Source: an uncultured bacterium
Lineage (GTDB): Bacteria > Babelota > Babeliae > Babelales > Babelaceae
Direction of reading: 5' to 3'
Length of the DNA stretch: 64,000 nt
Assembly: GCA_963848965.1 (NCBI GenBank)
Contig: CAWKFG010000001.1
Location: forward strand, 96,001 to 160,000
Part shown: positions 9,450 to 19,696 of the stretch, one piece after another
How positions within the stretch are numbered: position 1 is the stretch's first letter
Layout: every line of letters starts with the position of its first letter
The notes under the pieces: generated by a model
Databases searched by the model: none
Told to the model about the DNA's origin: nothing
What the model saw: only the letters and a program-made list of their open reading frames with translations
Position numbers and translations under genes: made by a program

Positions 9450-9992
9450 TTAATAGGTACCTGTAGCAGATGCATCTGTGCTAGATTCATCTGTAGCTGG
9501 CATATCTTCGGCACCAGACACGTCTGTCCCAGATACGTCTGTACCAGATACGTCTGTACTAGACAAGTCTGTACCTAATTCGTCTGCGTCAGATACGCTT
9601 GGCATTTCTGTTTCTATATCCTGAGCTTGTAGAGCTCCTTCATTAGGAGTTGCTCTATCTTGATCTGTATCAATGGTAAGATCGACATCTTCTACTGCTG
9701 GTGTTGTATCTTCTTCAACAATAAGATCTCTTCCTGTGGTTTCCATAACAGGTATCTCATCTATCTGTTCTACTGTAGCTGCGGGAACATCTGTTATAGC
9801 TGCAGGTGCGGGTTCTATAGCACTTGGTTCTAGTACTCGCGACACTGTCCCTGTAGTAGTACCAACAGCAGCTTCACCTATACCTAAAGCACCTTGAGCA
9901 GCACCTGTTGCAGCTCCTACTACATTTCCTATCATTGCATATGAGCTAGAAAATGCTCCTAGAACAAGTAATGCAAAAAACTTCTTATACAT
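9450..9992 (-). CDS. Exported acidic low-complexity protein
   Basis: Signal peptide, G/A-rich segment, D/E/T-rich tail with TDVSG repeats. Confidence 0.75.
   Translation of the reverse strand: MYKKFFALLVLGAFSSSYAMIGNVVGAATGAAQGALGIGEAAVGTTTGTVSRVLEPSAIEPAPAAITDVPAATVEQIDEIPVMETTGRDLIVEEDTTPAVEDVDLTIDTDQDRATPNEGALQAQDIETEMPSVSDADELGTDLSSTDVSGTDVSGTDVSGAEDMPATDESSTDASATGTY
9513..9572. repeat. 15-bp tandem repeat, 4 degenerate copies, encoding TDVSG-like units
   Basis: accagatacgtctgt units. Confidence 0.8.
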
Positions 9993-10165
9993 AATTTCTC
10001 CTTAGTTAAACGAATCTCTTTACTATAATTATTGCATACAATTAGCAAATAAAACAATATTTTATATATAATAATTGATTGTTTTTCAATAATAATGGCG
10101 GTGTGGCATGAAAATATAGTTATCTTTGTCTTGCATATGATGCTCGAGATAAGCTTCTTAATGTA

Positions 10166-11560
10166 TTAAGGATGAATAAGGTATTCTGCTAGTTTATTAA
10201 CTTTACCTGCTCCTAAAAGAAGCACAAGGTCTTGTTCTGTTAAAAGAGAGTCCAACTGTGAACTAATGGCTTTAAGCTGTGTATCATAAGGAATGTAGGT
10301 GATAGGGCATGATGGTTGCTTTTCTTTAATTGCTTGTACGAGGTTATAGCTCGTTATATTTTCAATAGGTGCTTCACTTGCTGGATAGATATCTGTAATA
10401 ATAAGATGATCTATGGGACTATAGGCAAAGAGATTTACAAAATCTTGCCAAAGCTTGTGAGTACGGGTATACCGTTGTGGTTGAAAAACTACAATAAGCT
10501 TTTTATGTGCTCTTTTACGAGCTACTAGTAATGTATTAAATATCTCAGTTGGATGGTGGCCGTAGTCATCAAAGAGTTCGGCCCCTCTATAGATGCCTTT
10601 ATAGCTGAATCTTCTTTCAATACCTTTAAAGTTTTTAAGAGCTTCAGCGCATACCTCAAAAGGAATTTCTACATCACGAGTAACAGCAAGAGCTGCTAGA
10701 GCATTAAGTACATTATGCCGTCCAGGCATGGCAAGCGTAAGAGAACCAAGAGGCTCTGGTTTGTCTTTAGCCCATACAGTGAATGTAGAATGATCTTTGT
10801 CTAAGATAACGTCCTTGGCGTATATGTCGGCTACCAGTTCGTTAAGACCGTACTTTACTGTTTTAATATGTGGTAAAGGAAGTATTGACTGAATATGTGG
10901 ATCGTCTATACATACAAATGCCTTGCCATAAAAAGGAACATTATTAAGAAACTGAGTAAATGTCTGCTTAATATCGTCAAGATCTTTATATGTATCAAGA
11001 TGCTCTAAATCAATGTTTGTAACAACGGCAAGAGTAGGATATAATCGTAAAAGAGATCTATCACTTTCATCTGCTTCTGCTACTATAAAATCTCCAGTTC
11101 CCCAACGTGCATTTGTAGAAATACTCTTAAGATGTCCACCAATAATAACGGTAGGATCTCTATGAGCTTCAATAAGAATATGAGAAATCATCGATGTCGT
11201 TGTCGTTTTTCCATGAGCGCCGGTAATAGCAATGCTGTATTTTGTGCGCATAATTTCAGCAAGCATAAGTGCCCGAGGAATAGTAGGAATACCACGTGCT
11301 TGAGCTGCAAGAATTTCTGGCGCATCTGGTTTAATCATTGTTGAATAAACCAGAACATCAATGCTCGGATGAGTACAAAATGGGGTATTATTTCCTTGAT
11401 AGATCGTGCATCCAATACTTATAAGCTCTTCTACACTTTTTTGTTCTAAATCTAAATCGCAGCCACTGATAGTATATCCTTGGTATTTAAGAACTTTAGC
11501 AATTCCGCTCATCCCAATACCACCGATACCTACAAAATGAATATGTCCCTTTTTGTACAT
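10166..11560 (-). CDS. murC: UDP-N-acetylmuramate--L-alanine ligase
   Basis: HFVGIGGIGMSG, GAHGKTTT, EADESD, DDYGHHPTE. Confidence 0.97.
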   Translation of the reverse strand: MYKKGHIHFVGIGGIGMSGIAKVLKYQGYTISGCDLDLEQKSVEELISIGCTIYQGNNTPFCTHPSIDVLVYSTMIKPDAPEILAAQARGIPTIPRALMLAEIMRTKYSIAITGAHGKTTTTSMISHILIEAHRDPTVIIGGHLKSISTNARWGTGDFIVAEADESDRSLLRLYPTLAVVTNIDLEHLDTYKDLDDIKQTFTQFLNNVPFYGKAFVCIDDPHIQSILPLPHIKTVKYGLNELVADIYAKDVILDKDHSTFTVWAKDKPEPLGSLTLAMPGRHNVLNALAALAVTRDVEIPFEVCAEALKNFKGIERRFSYKGIYRGAELFDDYGHHPTEIFNTLLVARKRAHKKLIVVFQPQRYTRTHKLWQDFVNLFAYSPIDHLIITDIYPASEAPIENITSYNLVQAIKEKQPSCPITYIPYDTQLKAISSQLDSLLTEQDLVLLLGAGKVNKLAEYLIHP

Positions 11561-11719
11561 TGAAGATCCCTACGCAAGTGAAAGCCTTTATAAGGAAAGT
11601 ATACTTCTTTTTGGGAAAAAGAAAAATGAGTAGTAACGGAACGTGTACGAGAAATAGGTATTCCTGCTATACTTATAAGCTTATTATTCATCGTGTAATT
11701 TCGTGAAAAAGGTAAAGAT

Positions 11720-13663
11720 ATGCATAAAATACTACTTTTTTACTGTATAGGCACCTCTCTTACAATGCAAGGAATGAAGAGAGAACAGGAGCCCATCGAC
11801 CATAAAGCACTAGAGAAAAAGCACAAATGCTCGAATGATGCACCAATGTTTTTACTTGTACAAGCGCTTAAAGAATCAAATGTAGAAAAAGTGCGTGAGT
11901 TATTAGCTTTATATACAGATATTAATGCTCATATTCATGAGGGAAAAACTGCTTTATATATAGCAGCACAAGGCGGTAATAGTACGATTATAAAAATGTT
12001 GCTTGACGCAGGAGCAAGTCCCAATAGCTCCTGTATAACAGCTCAAGGAAAAACGGGAACTCCTCTTTTTATGGCTATATACAGGAAGCATACGGAAATA
12101 GTTGATATGTTCATTAGTGCTGAAGCCTTTATTCATGTATCCGATAGCAGCGGTGTTACTCCTTTAATGGTAGCTTCCTATAGTGGGAGTCTTGAGATAG
12201 TAGAAAAATTACTTGCTTGTGATGCGCCTGTTAATGCTCAAAATGAAGATGGTTGGACTGCTTTAATGTTTGCAGCACAGGAAGGTTACAAAGAAATAGT
12301 GCATGTGCTTATATGTGCTAACGCAGATGTCAATGCACACAGTAGTAATGGTTTAACTGCTTTGCATTTGGCTGTACAAGAAAGTCATACAAAAGTGATG
12401 AAGCTATTGCTTAATAACGGAGCTGAGCTTGATAGAACATATACAAATGAAGAAGGTATGGCAGATATCACTTCTTTAATGGACGCAGTAGAGTGTGGGC
12501 ACAAAAAGATGGTAACCTATCTTCTTGAAAAAGGTGCAGATATTAATGCTCAAAATGCTTGTGGTGATACGCCCTTAATGCTTGCTGTAGAACAGGGAAA
12601 TAAAGAAATAGCGGAGCTACTTATTGCACAAGGTGCTGACATGGATATGCAAGATATTGATGGAGTAACTGCTTTGCATACAGCAGTACATCAGGAACAG
12701 ACAGAAATACTAAAGCTTCTGTTGCATAACGAAGCTAACCCTCATAGTGGGCGCAATGAAGTTGGTGAAGGAGAAACTATTATAGCGCAAAATGTAACAC
12801 CCCTTATGGATGCATCTGATAGAGGATATAAGGAGATAGTGCATACGCTTATTACGTCCGGGGCCTATATTAACGAATATGATACTCGAGGATACAGTGC
12901 CTTATTGTATGCTGCAAAAGGAGGTTATAATGAGATACTGCTTATGCTCCTTAAGCATCAAGCATGTTTTACTTTACAAGATAAGGGTATAGTAGAAACG
13001 AGAGGGAATGAATGGCCGCTAGAAAGTAAAATGCTTTTAAAGCTTTGTTTAATGTCAGGGATGCAGATGTATAGAAACAACTCTTTATCATATATACAGC
13101 AGATAATAAAAGAATGTATGTTACAGGGTATATATAAAAGGATGTGTCAATGTAGTTCTACACAATGCTTTCATCAGACAGTGCCTATGGTGCTCAGTAT
13201 ATTTGGTGATAAAGAAGGAACTGAAACTTTGCTAAAAGTAGGTTTACCGCTTTGGTACCTTAATGCTCAAGATGCAGACGGTAGAACAGCGCTTATGTAT
13301 GCCATTATTTTTAGAAATTACGATATAGCACAACTTCTTATGCAAGCATATGAAAGAATAGCATACCAGTGCTATGAAGCCTTGCACAGGGAAGTAGATT
13401 CTGTAAAACAAGTACAGCCTAAACAGGAATTAGTAAAAGCAGAAAGAGCAATAAATATCTGTGATAAACAGGGTAAAAATGCTCTTGCTTATGCTCTTGA
13501 GAAGAATGATAAAGATATGGTTCTCAGACTTTTACAAGCAGGTGCTCGGCCAAGTATAGAGATTATAGAAAAGATAGCTGCGCTCGCAGACAAAACTATT
13601 CTTTTGCAGCTTATACTAAAAGGCTTTATTCAACCAAATTATGAATACAAAGTTATTTTTTGA
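11720..13663 (+). CDS. Exported ankyrin repeat protein
   Basis: Signal-like N-terminus; multiple G-x-TPL/TAL ankyrin repeats. Confidence 0.9.
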   Translation: MHKILLFYCIGTSLTMQGMKREQEPIDHKALEKKHKCSNDAPMFLLVQALKESNVEKVRELLALYTDINAHIHEGKTALYIAAQGGNSTIIKMLLDAGASPNSSCITAQGKTGTPLFMAIYRKHTEIVDMFISAEAFIHVSDSSGVTPLMVASYSGSLEIVEKLLACDAPVNAQNEDGWTALMFAAQEGYKEIVHVLICANADVNAHSSNGLTALHLAVQESHTKVMKLLLNNGAELDRTYTNEEGMADITSLMDAVECGHKKMVTYLLEKGADINAQNACGDTPLMLAVEQGNKEIAELLIAQGADMDMQDIDGVTALHTAVHQEQTEILKLLLHNEANPHSGRNEVGEGETIIAQNVTPLMDASDRGYKEIVHTLITSGAYINEYDTRGYSALLYAAKGGYNEILLMLLKHQACFTLQDKGIVETRGNEWPLESKMLLKLCLMSGMQMYRNNSLSYIQQIIKECMLQGIYKRMCQCSSTQCFHQTVPMVLSIFGDKEGTETLLKVGLPLWYLNAQDADGRTALMYAIIFRNYDIAQLLMQAYERIAYQCYEALHREVDSVKQVQPKQELVKAERAINICDKQGKNALAYALEKNDKDMVLRLLQAGARPSIEIIEKIAALADKTILLQLILKGFIQPNYEYKVIF

Positions 13664-13715
13664 TAGTATAGTGCTTGAAAATTGCTGATGTATCAGGAAT
13701 GTTCGGTGAGTTTAG

Positions 13716-13755
13716 TACAAAAAAGAATCTTGGAGGTTGTCCAAGATTCTTTGTA
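13716..13755. terminator. Bidirectional terminator
   Basis: AAAGAATCTTGGA-ggttg-TCCAAGATTCTTT between convergent genes. Confidence 0.75.
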
Positions 13756-14142
13756 TTAGAGAATCTCTTGTAGGCGAAGAAGCTTTTTTTGCAAAGTAAT
13801 AATTTTTGCAAAAAGTTCTTCATCAAGATGTACGTGTGCAGGAGTAACTCTTGTATTTTGTTCTGCTAACGAGGCAGGGACAATTGGCTCTGAAGAAGAG
13901 CTTTTTGTTGTCTGCTTTTGAAAATATTTTTTTGCCCCTGCTATAGTATATCCTTTGCTATAAAGCAATTCTTTAATCTTTTGAATTTGTGCAATATCTT
14001 CAGGGGTATAAAATCGTTGTCCACCTTCAGTTCGCTCAGCTTCAAGGTTAAACTCTTTTTGCCAATGTCTGATAACAGATTGTTTTACTTTAAGCTTTTT
14101 GGCTACATCGCCAATACGCATCATATCTTTTTCTATCTTCAT
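13756..14142 (-). CDS. MerR-family transcriptional regulator
   Basis: MRIGDVAKKL...VIRHWQKEF...RTEGGQRFY...LLYSKGYTIAGAK. Confidence 0.9.
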   Translation of the reverse strand: MKIEKDMMRIGDVAKKLKVKQSVIRHWQKEFNLEAERTEGGQRFYTPEDIAQIQKIKELLYSKGYTIAGAKKYFQKQTTKSSSSEPIVPASLAEQNTRVTPAHVHLDEELFAKIITLQKKLLRLQEIL

Positions 14143-14509
14143 ACAGCCCTTTTTCAACTATAAAGAGGTGAATATACCTTAAGTTATACATTAAGTTTTT
14201 TTTGAAGTATAGGGTTTCGATAAGATTATAGATGAAGTCTCATTTTAGTATTACTTTTAAGGCATCGAGATATGTCTGCTAGTGCTTTAAAGAGCCCGAG
14301 AAATTTTTTCTTAATTTTGTTTGTACTTCTAAATCTGGTGCCGGTTTGAACTTGATTAAGCTTTATAGTTGATTTATACTATAAAAGAAGACTATTTTGG
14401 TTGAACTCTAAAGTAAAGAAAAAACAGAACCATATCTTTTACTAGTGCTTTGAGCATGTCTTAAGGTTATCGAATATACGCATTTCAACTTACAGATAAA
14501 GGTTTTTTT

Positions 14510-16042
14510 ATGAAATTAAAAGATCTCTTGCTTCCTCTGTCTCTTGCTCTTGTATCAACACTCGTTATTCAGTATTTTTTCTTTCCGCGAGAGGAGAAAA
14601 GGGCTGAGATAGCATCTGATCGTAGTTTTGTGGCACCAACCTCTGTACAAACAGCTGAACCGCTTGACCTTGATATTGATTTCTTTGATTCACAGCCAAC
14701 GCGCTCTAAGCAAATAGTAGAAGTGAATACTCCTACTACTCTCTACCAATTTTCTAATGATGGAGCAATTATAGAGTTCATGGGATATAAGCGTAATTTA
14801 GCTGGTAAAGAAGGTCTTATAGAAACAGTGATGCCTTTACCATCTCGTGAAAAGGGGGCATTTTTAGTAGCGCTTAATGGCCTTGGTAATACTCCTTATT
14901 ATTATAACCTTATAGAAAAAAAGGATGAAGACAAACGTTCTCTTTTGACCTATAAGGGTGAATCTAAAACTGCTACTATTACCAAGCAATTTGTTGTGCA
15001 TCATGATACGTATAAGCTAGATCTTAAGCTTACTATTGAACCGAAAGAAAAAGTCTCGTTACGACCACGTATCTTTTTCCCAGCTCCGCTTATTTCAGGG
15101 GCACTTGCTACCGAAGTTGTTAACGGAGTGTTCTCTAGTGAAAAGAAAGCAATTGAGAAAAAACCTTTAAAAGACATCTTACAGCTTGGTAAAGAAAATC
15201 CATCACTCTTTGGATTAGAAGATCGTTATTTTATTAATGCTATGATAGCTGATCCTCAAGCATTTGCAAAACGAGCATATTTTAGAGCTCAGGGTACAGA
15301 AGGAGCAGATGGAGTACTACAAAGCTCACCTATAGATAAATCAACAACATGGGAACTCTCATTCTATACTGGCCCAAAAGAGATGAAAGCACTTTCTGCT
15401 GTTGATAAAAGACTTGAAGGGATACTTTATTATGGCTGGTTAGCACCGCTTTCAAAGTTGCTTTTATATTTACTTAACTTCTTTTATGACATCTTTAAAA
15501 ATTATGGTGTTGCGATTATTGCGCTCACGTTTCTTTTGCGGCTTATTTTGGCACCATTTACAGCATCTGGTGAACAAGCGCGTCGTAAGCAATTAGAAGT
15601 GCAGCGCAAGTTACAATACCTTGAACAAAAACATAAGTATGATCCACAATTACTAGCACGCGAACGAACAGAAGTACTGCGCAAGCAAGGACTTCCTGGT
15701 ATGCTCGGCTGTTTACCAGTATTATTGCAAATTCCTGTCTTTTTTGGACTTCAGCAGGTTCTTGCTCATGCTATTGAGCTTTATAGAGCTCCTTTCTTTG
15801 GGTGGATTAAAGATTTATCACAACCAGATCCTTATTATGTATTGCCAGCGCTTATTGGGCTAGGCATAGCATTGCAAACAGCACAAGCAGGTGATCCACG
15901 CCAACGTGTTGCTAATATATTACTCGCTATTATTTTTGCAGCGATTACTGCTAATCTTTCTGCAGGTCTTGCGCTCTTTATTTGTGTAAGTACTCTCTTA
16001 GGATTGGCTCAATCGTATATTCAAAAGGCTTTAAAATTATGA
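14510..16042 (+). CDS. yidC: Membrane protein insertase YidC
   Basis: N-terminal TM, periplasmic domain, NYGVAII, GCLPVLLQIPVFF, WIKDLSQPDP. Confidence 0.93.
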   Translation: MKLKDLLLPLSLALVSTLVIQYFFFPREEKRAEIASDRSFVAPTSVQTAEPLDLDIDFFDSQPTRSKQIVEVNTPTTLYQFSNDGAIIEFMGYKRNLAGKEGLIETVMPLPSREKGAFLVALNGLGNTPYYYNLIEKKDEDKRSLLTYKGESKTATITKQFVVHHDTYKLDLKLTIEPKEKVSLRPRIFFPAPLISGALATEVVNGVFSSEKKAIEKKPLKDILQLGKENPSLFGLEDRYFINAMIADPQAFAKRAYFRAQGTEGADGVLQSSPIDKSTTWELSFYTGPKEMKALSAVDKRLEGILYYGWLAPLSKLLLYLLNFFYDIFKNYGVAIIALTFLLRLILAPFTASGEQARRKQLEVQRKLQYLEQKHKYDPQLLARERTEVLRKQGLPGMLGCLPVLLQIPVFFGLQQVLAHAIELYRAPFFGWIKDLSQPDPYYVLPALIGLGIALQTAQAGDPRQRVANILLAIIFAAITANLSAGLALFICVSTLLGLAQSYIQKALKL

Positions 16043-16638
16043 TTGAACAAAATCAAGCTCTTTTGGCTCTGCTTAGGCAGTTACAAAAAGTTCCTTACCT
16101 AGCTTCTAAAAATCTCTATTTAGTTGCGCACTATTTTCTTGAGATGGATGGAGCTGCTGCAGAACAGTTTTGCCAAACTATCCTTAATTTAAGACATACT
16201 ATAGAAAAGTGTCCACTTTGTTGGACATGGAAAGAAAAAAATAAAGACTGCTATTTTTGTGCATCTTCTAAGCGAGATAAGGCTGTTATCTGTGTTATTG
16301 AAACATGGCGCGATCTTATAGCGCTTGAAAAGACTGGCGCGTATCTTGGTATGTACCATGTGCTTGGCGGTGCTATTTGTCCTTTAGAAGGTGTTGGTCC
16401 AGAAGATCTTACTATTAAGCAGCTGATTGAACGTGTAGATAATGGATGCAGAGAACTTATCTTTGCTTTTAATCAGACACCAGAAGGTGAAGCTACAGCT
16501 GCTTATATTGCTTCTAAGTTAAAAGGCAAAGAGGTAAAGATTTCTTGTCTTGCCCGAGGTCTTCCTGTAGGATCGTCTCTTGAGTCTATGGACAGGCTTA
16601 CAGTATATAAAGCTCTTGCAGAGCGGCGTCCTTTTTAG
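16039..16638 (+). CDS. recR: Recombination protein RecR
   Basis: C4 zinc finger, YHVLGG, TPEGEATA, LARGLPVG; ATGA overlap with the yidC stop. Confidence 0.93.
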   Translation: MIEQNQALLALLRQLQKVPYLASKNLYLVAHYFLEMDGAAAEQFCQTILNLRHTIEKCPLCWTWKEKNKDCYFCASSKRDKAVICVIETWRDLIALEKTGAYLGMYHVLGGAICPLEGVGPEDLTIKQLIERVDNGCRELIFAFNQTPEGEATAAYIASKLKGKEVKISCLARGLPVGSSLESMDRLTVYKALAERRPF

Positions 16639-16810
16639 AAAAAGCTTACAATTTTTCGATGAGCTACAATATTCTACAAGAAAGCATTGTCAATTCTAAA
16701 AACTGTTTGAGAGCTTTTAAATCTTTTGGGATTAAGAAACTTATTTTGTATGAGCATAGAAAAAGTAGATAACTATGGATCTGTCAAGCGCATAGGTAAC
16801 GGAGTTATGT

Positions 16811-18109
16811 ATGAAAAAAAATTTTTCTCTTTTTAAGCATCGTCGTCAAATGCTCCTTAAGAATATTAAAGATTTCTATCAGCATGATCCACAAAAAGGA
16901 CTGCTTTTACTTGTAGGTGCTTTTGAGCATGAGCGTGATGTATTTCGCCAAGACAGCTCTTTCTACTATTTAACTGGTATAGAAGAGCCTGCAGTAATGC
17001 TTCTTGCGTATCTTGATAGTCGTACTGTTTTATCTGTACCTCAGTATGCAGAATCTCGTACTAAGTGGTCCCATTCAGCAGTGTATGGTGCAGATAAGAA
17101 AGGGCTTAACGAATTAGGTGTTGATGAGGTGCAGTATTTAGGAGCTATGTGTAAAGGCTATTCTCTTGCTCCACAGTGTGCCTTGCCTGTTTATGAGACA
17201 TTTTTAAATACTTTAGAAGATTTTGCAAGCAGTGGCGGTACTATTTTTACTTTGTATCCTCAAGATAGATATACTGAATCGGCTTCTATACTTAATAGAT
17301 TAATGGTACTTAGGCCTCGTCTTAAGGATGCGCTTGTTGATGTCTCTCCTTTAGTTGACAGAATGCGCCGTATTAAGAGTCAACCAGAGCTTGAAGAGAT
17401 GTATAAAGCTATTGATTGTACTATGGCAGCGCATGAAGCTATAGCACGTATTATCGACGAAGATAAATATGAGTACCAAGTGCAAGCAGGTATAGAGTTT
17501 GTCTATGCAGAATCGGGTGCACGAAAAGCATTTCCTTCAATTGTAGCGAGTGGACCTAATTCAGTAACGTTGCATTACAATGTAAATAATAGAGTAATGA
17601 GAAAAGGTGAGCTTGTTGTTGTTGATATTGGAGCTGAATATAATTATTATTGTGCAGATCTTACTCGTACTTATCCGGTATCTGGGACATTTAGTAAACG
17701 CCAACGAGAAGTATATAATCATGTCTTAGAAACTCAGTCATATATAGAAAGTATTGTAAAACCTGGTTATTGGGTTAAAAATAATCAGGAACCAGAAAAG
17801 TCTTTATATCATCTTGCCTATAAGTTTCTTGAATCTCGGGGCTATGCTCAATATTTTACTCATGGTATTGGACACTTTTTGGGAATGGATGTTCATGATG
17901 TTGGTAATTATGCAGAGCCCTTAGTAGAAGGAGATGTTATTACTATAGAGCCAGGCATTTATATTCCAGAGGAAAATTTAGGTATTCGTATCGAAGATAA
18001 CTATTGGATTGTAGAAACTGGTGCCGTCTGCTTAAGTGAAGAACTACCTAGAGAATCTTATAAAATCGAAGAGATGATGCTTGAGAGCATAGAAGGCTAT
18101 GAAGAGTAA
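16811..18109 (+). CDS. pepP: Xaa-Pro aminopeptidase (M24B)
   Basis: FRQDSSFYYLTG, DIGAE, ADLTRT, HGIGHFLGMDVHD, TIEPG, GIRIED. Confidence 0.92.
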   Translation: MKKNFSLFKHRRQMLLKNIKDFYQHDPQKGLLLLVGAFEHERDVFRQDSSFYYLTGIEEPAVMLLAYLDSRTVLSVPQYAESRTKWSHSAVYGADKKGLNELGVDEVQYLGAMCKGYSLAPQCALPVYETFLNTLEDFASSGGTIFTLYPQDRYTESASILNRLMVLRPRLKDALVDVSPLVDRMRRIKSQPELEEMYKAIDCTMAAHEAIARIIDEDKYEYQVQAGIEFVYAESGARKAFPSIVASGPNSVTLHYNVNNRVMRKGELVVVDIGAEYNYYCADLTRTYPVSGTFSKRQREVYNHVLETQSYIESIVKPGYWVKNNQEPEKSLYHLAYKFLESRGYAQYFTHGIGHFLGMDVHDVGNYAEPLVEGDVITIEPGIYIPEENLGIRIEDNYWIVETGAVCLSEELPRESYKIEEMMLESIEGYEE

Positions 18110-18179
18110 CGTGCCTTAAAGATACTTTGTGGATACCTCATTCTCGTGGGGAGCGAGATTTAATAAATCAAGGTACGTT

Positions 18180-19016
18180 ATGCTTCTAAAAATATTATAT
18201 ACTTTACCACTTTTACCATTTTTATGCCTCTATAGTATGGAGGCTCCGCCTAAGGAAGACAAAAATTATAATGACTTTGTTATTCTCTGTCAAGCTCTTG
18301 AAAAAGGTAATAAAGAGCTTATTGCTCAACTTACCTTTCAGTTAAATATAAATAGTCCAGCCACCTTTCTTTTAAATGAGCCTCTCTTACACTGGATACT
18401 TTTTAGAGCAGAACTTGCATGGATTCCTGAGGGATTACGTCAAGATTATAGGTATGAGCTTGTAACATGCTTATTGATCTGGGGTGCAGATAAGGATATT
18501 CAAGATGCTTATGGTATGGCTGCTCTTCATAAGGCAGCGATGGGAGGAGACAAGCGGCTTGTGATGTTTCTTGTAGCTCATGACGTATATATCAATTGTC
18601 GATCCTTGAGTGGTTGGACTCCTTTATCATATGCGATTGCTCAAGGACATGTACCTATAGTTTCTTATTTATTAGAATGTACTTCTGCTCTTATTACACT
18701 TGGTAATAATGTGTGGGAAGGAGATTATAAGCTTGCAGTAGACCATCTTGAGAGAGAAGTCAAGTTTTTGTCGGTCTTAAAGAACGTAGAGCAAGGACAA
18801 ATTGCACGGCTAAAAGAGCGTGTTCTGCAAAGAGCTGAAATAGTAAAGATACTTAAAACTCACTTATGTTCGGTAAAAGGAAGATATGCTCTTCTTCGCC
18901 GAAAATGCTTCTTATGTCACCGCCGATTTTATAAAAGTGATATGCTCTTAATTTGTGACTATCAGGGCTATTTTGCTCATGGTAGATGTATTAAAGGTTA
19001 TAAGGAAAAAAGATAA
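18180..19016 (+). CDS. Exported ankyrin repeat protein with C-terminal Cys/His (RING-like) motif
   Basis: Start at MLLKILY (18180); ankyrin repeats; C-terminal CFLC...ICDYQGYFAHGRCI. Confidence 0.8.
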   Translation: MLLKILYTLPLLPFLCLYSMEAPPKEDKNYNDFVILCQALEKGNKELIAQLTFQLNINSPATFLLNEPLLHWILFRAELAWIPEGLRQDYRYELVTCLLIWGADKDIQDAYGMAALHKAAMGGDKRLVMFLVAHDVYINCRSLSGWTPLSYAIAQGHVPIVSYLLECTSALITLGNNVWEGDYKLAVDHLEREVKFLSVLKNVEQGQIARLKERVLQRAEIVKILKTHLCSVKGRYALLRRKCFLCHRRFYKSDMLLICDYQGYFAHGRCIKGYKEKR

Positions 19017-19086
19017 AAACCATTGCTATCCAACTGTGTGAGAAATGCTGCCTGGTGTGCTCAAAAGCTTGAATAGTAAGTATAAT

Positions 19087-19115
19087 TTGACGATTCTTTA
19101 AATTTCTTATATTAT
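19087..19115 (+). promoter_or_regulatory. Putative sigma70 promoter of rplM
   Basis: TTGACG-N17-TATTAT. Confidence 0.55.
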
Positions 19116-19176
19116 AAGATATAAAGGGTCTTTATAGGGGCTTTTCTAAATAGTTTCATTGTACAAAGGTTTTTTT

Positions 19177-19620
19177 ATGGATATGAATAAGTTATTTTTT
19201 CTTCGAAAAGAAGATGAAAAGCCTCGTTGGCGAGTAGTTGACGCAAAGGGGCAAATTGTAGGTCGTTTGGCCACCAAAATAGCAGATATGCTTCGTGGTA
19301 AAGATAAGGCACAGTATACTCCACATGGCGATGCTGGTGACTATATAGTAGTTATTAACGCTCAAGATCTTGTATTTACTGGTAATAAGCTAGAACAAAA
19401 AACGTATGAGCGCTATACCGGTTACATTGGTAACAAAAAGATATTTACTGCAAAGCAACAGATGCAAAAAGATCCAACAGAGATTATTCATCTAGCAGTT
19501 AAGGGAATGTTGCCAAAAACAAAACTTGCTCGTCAATTGCTTAGGAAGCTTCGTGTATATGCAGGCGCAGAGCATCCACATCAAGCACAAATTGCAGGCT
19601 TTGGGGTAGAACAACGATAA
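19177..19620 (+). CDS. rplM: 50S ribosomal protein L13
   Basis: WRVVDAKGQIVGRLA, YTPHGDAGD, AVKGMLPK, HPHQAQ. Confidence 0.97.
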   Translation: MDMNKLFFLRKEDEKPRWRVVDAKGQIVGRLATKIADMLRGKDKAQYTPHGDAGDYIVVINAQDLVFTGNKLEQKTYERYTGYIGNKKIFTAKQQMQKDPTEIIHLAVKGMLPKTKLARQLLRKLRVYAGAEHPHQAQIAGFGVEQR

Positions 19621-19645
19621 AAACTGTACCTTTATAAAGTTTTGT

Positions 19646-19675
19646 ATAAGAGAGCTTTAAAGCTCTCTTATTTTT
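19646..19675. terminator. Bidirectional terminator after rplM
   Basis: TAAGAGAGCTTT-AAAGCTCTCTTA followed by T-tract. Confidence 0.7.
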
Positions 19676-19696
19676 ATAGTCTATTTTGAGAGGTGC

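Noticed and set aside
14278..14362. Minus-strand IKFKPAPDL resembling the HU/IHF C-terminus upstream of the merR-family gene
   Set aside because: An in-frame stop lies immediately upstream, and no start or remainder of an HU fold is present.
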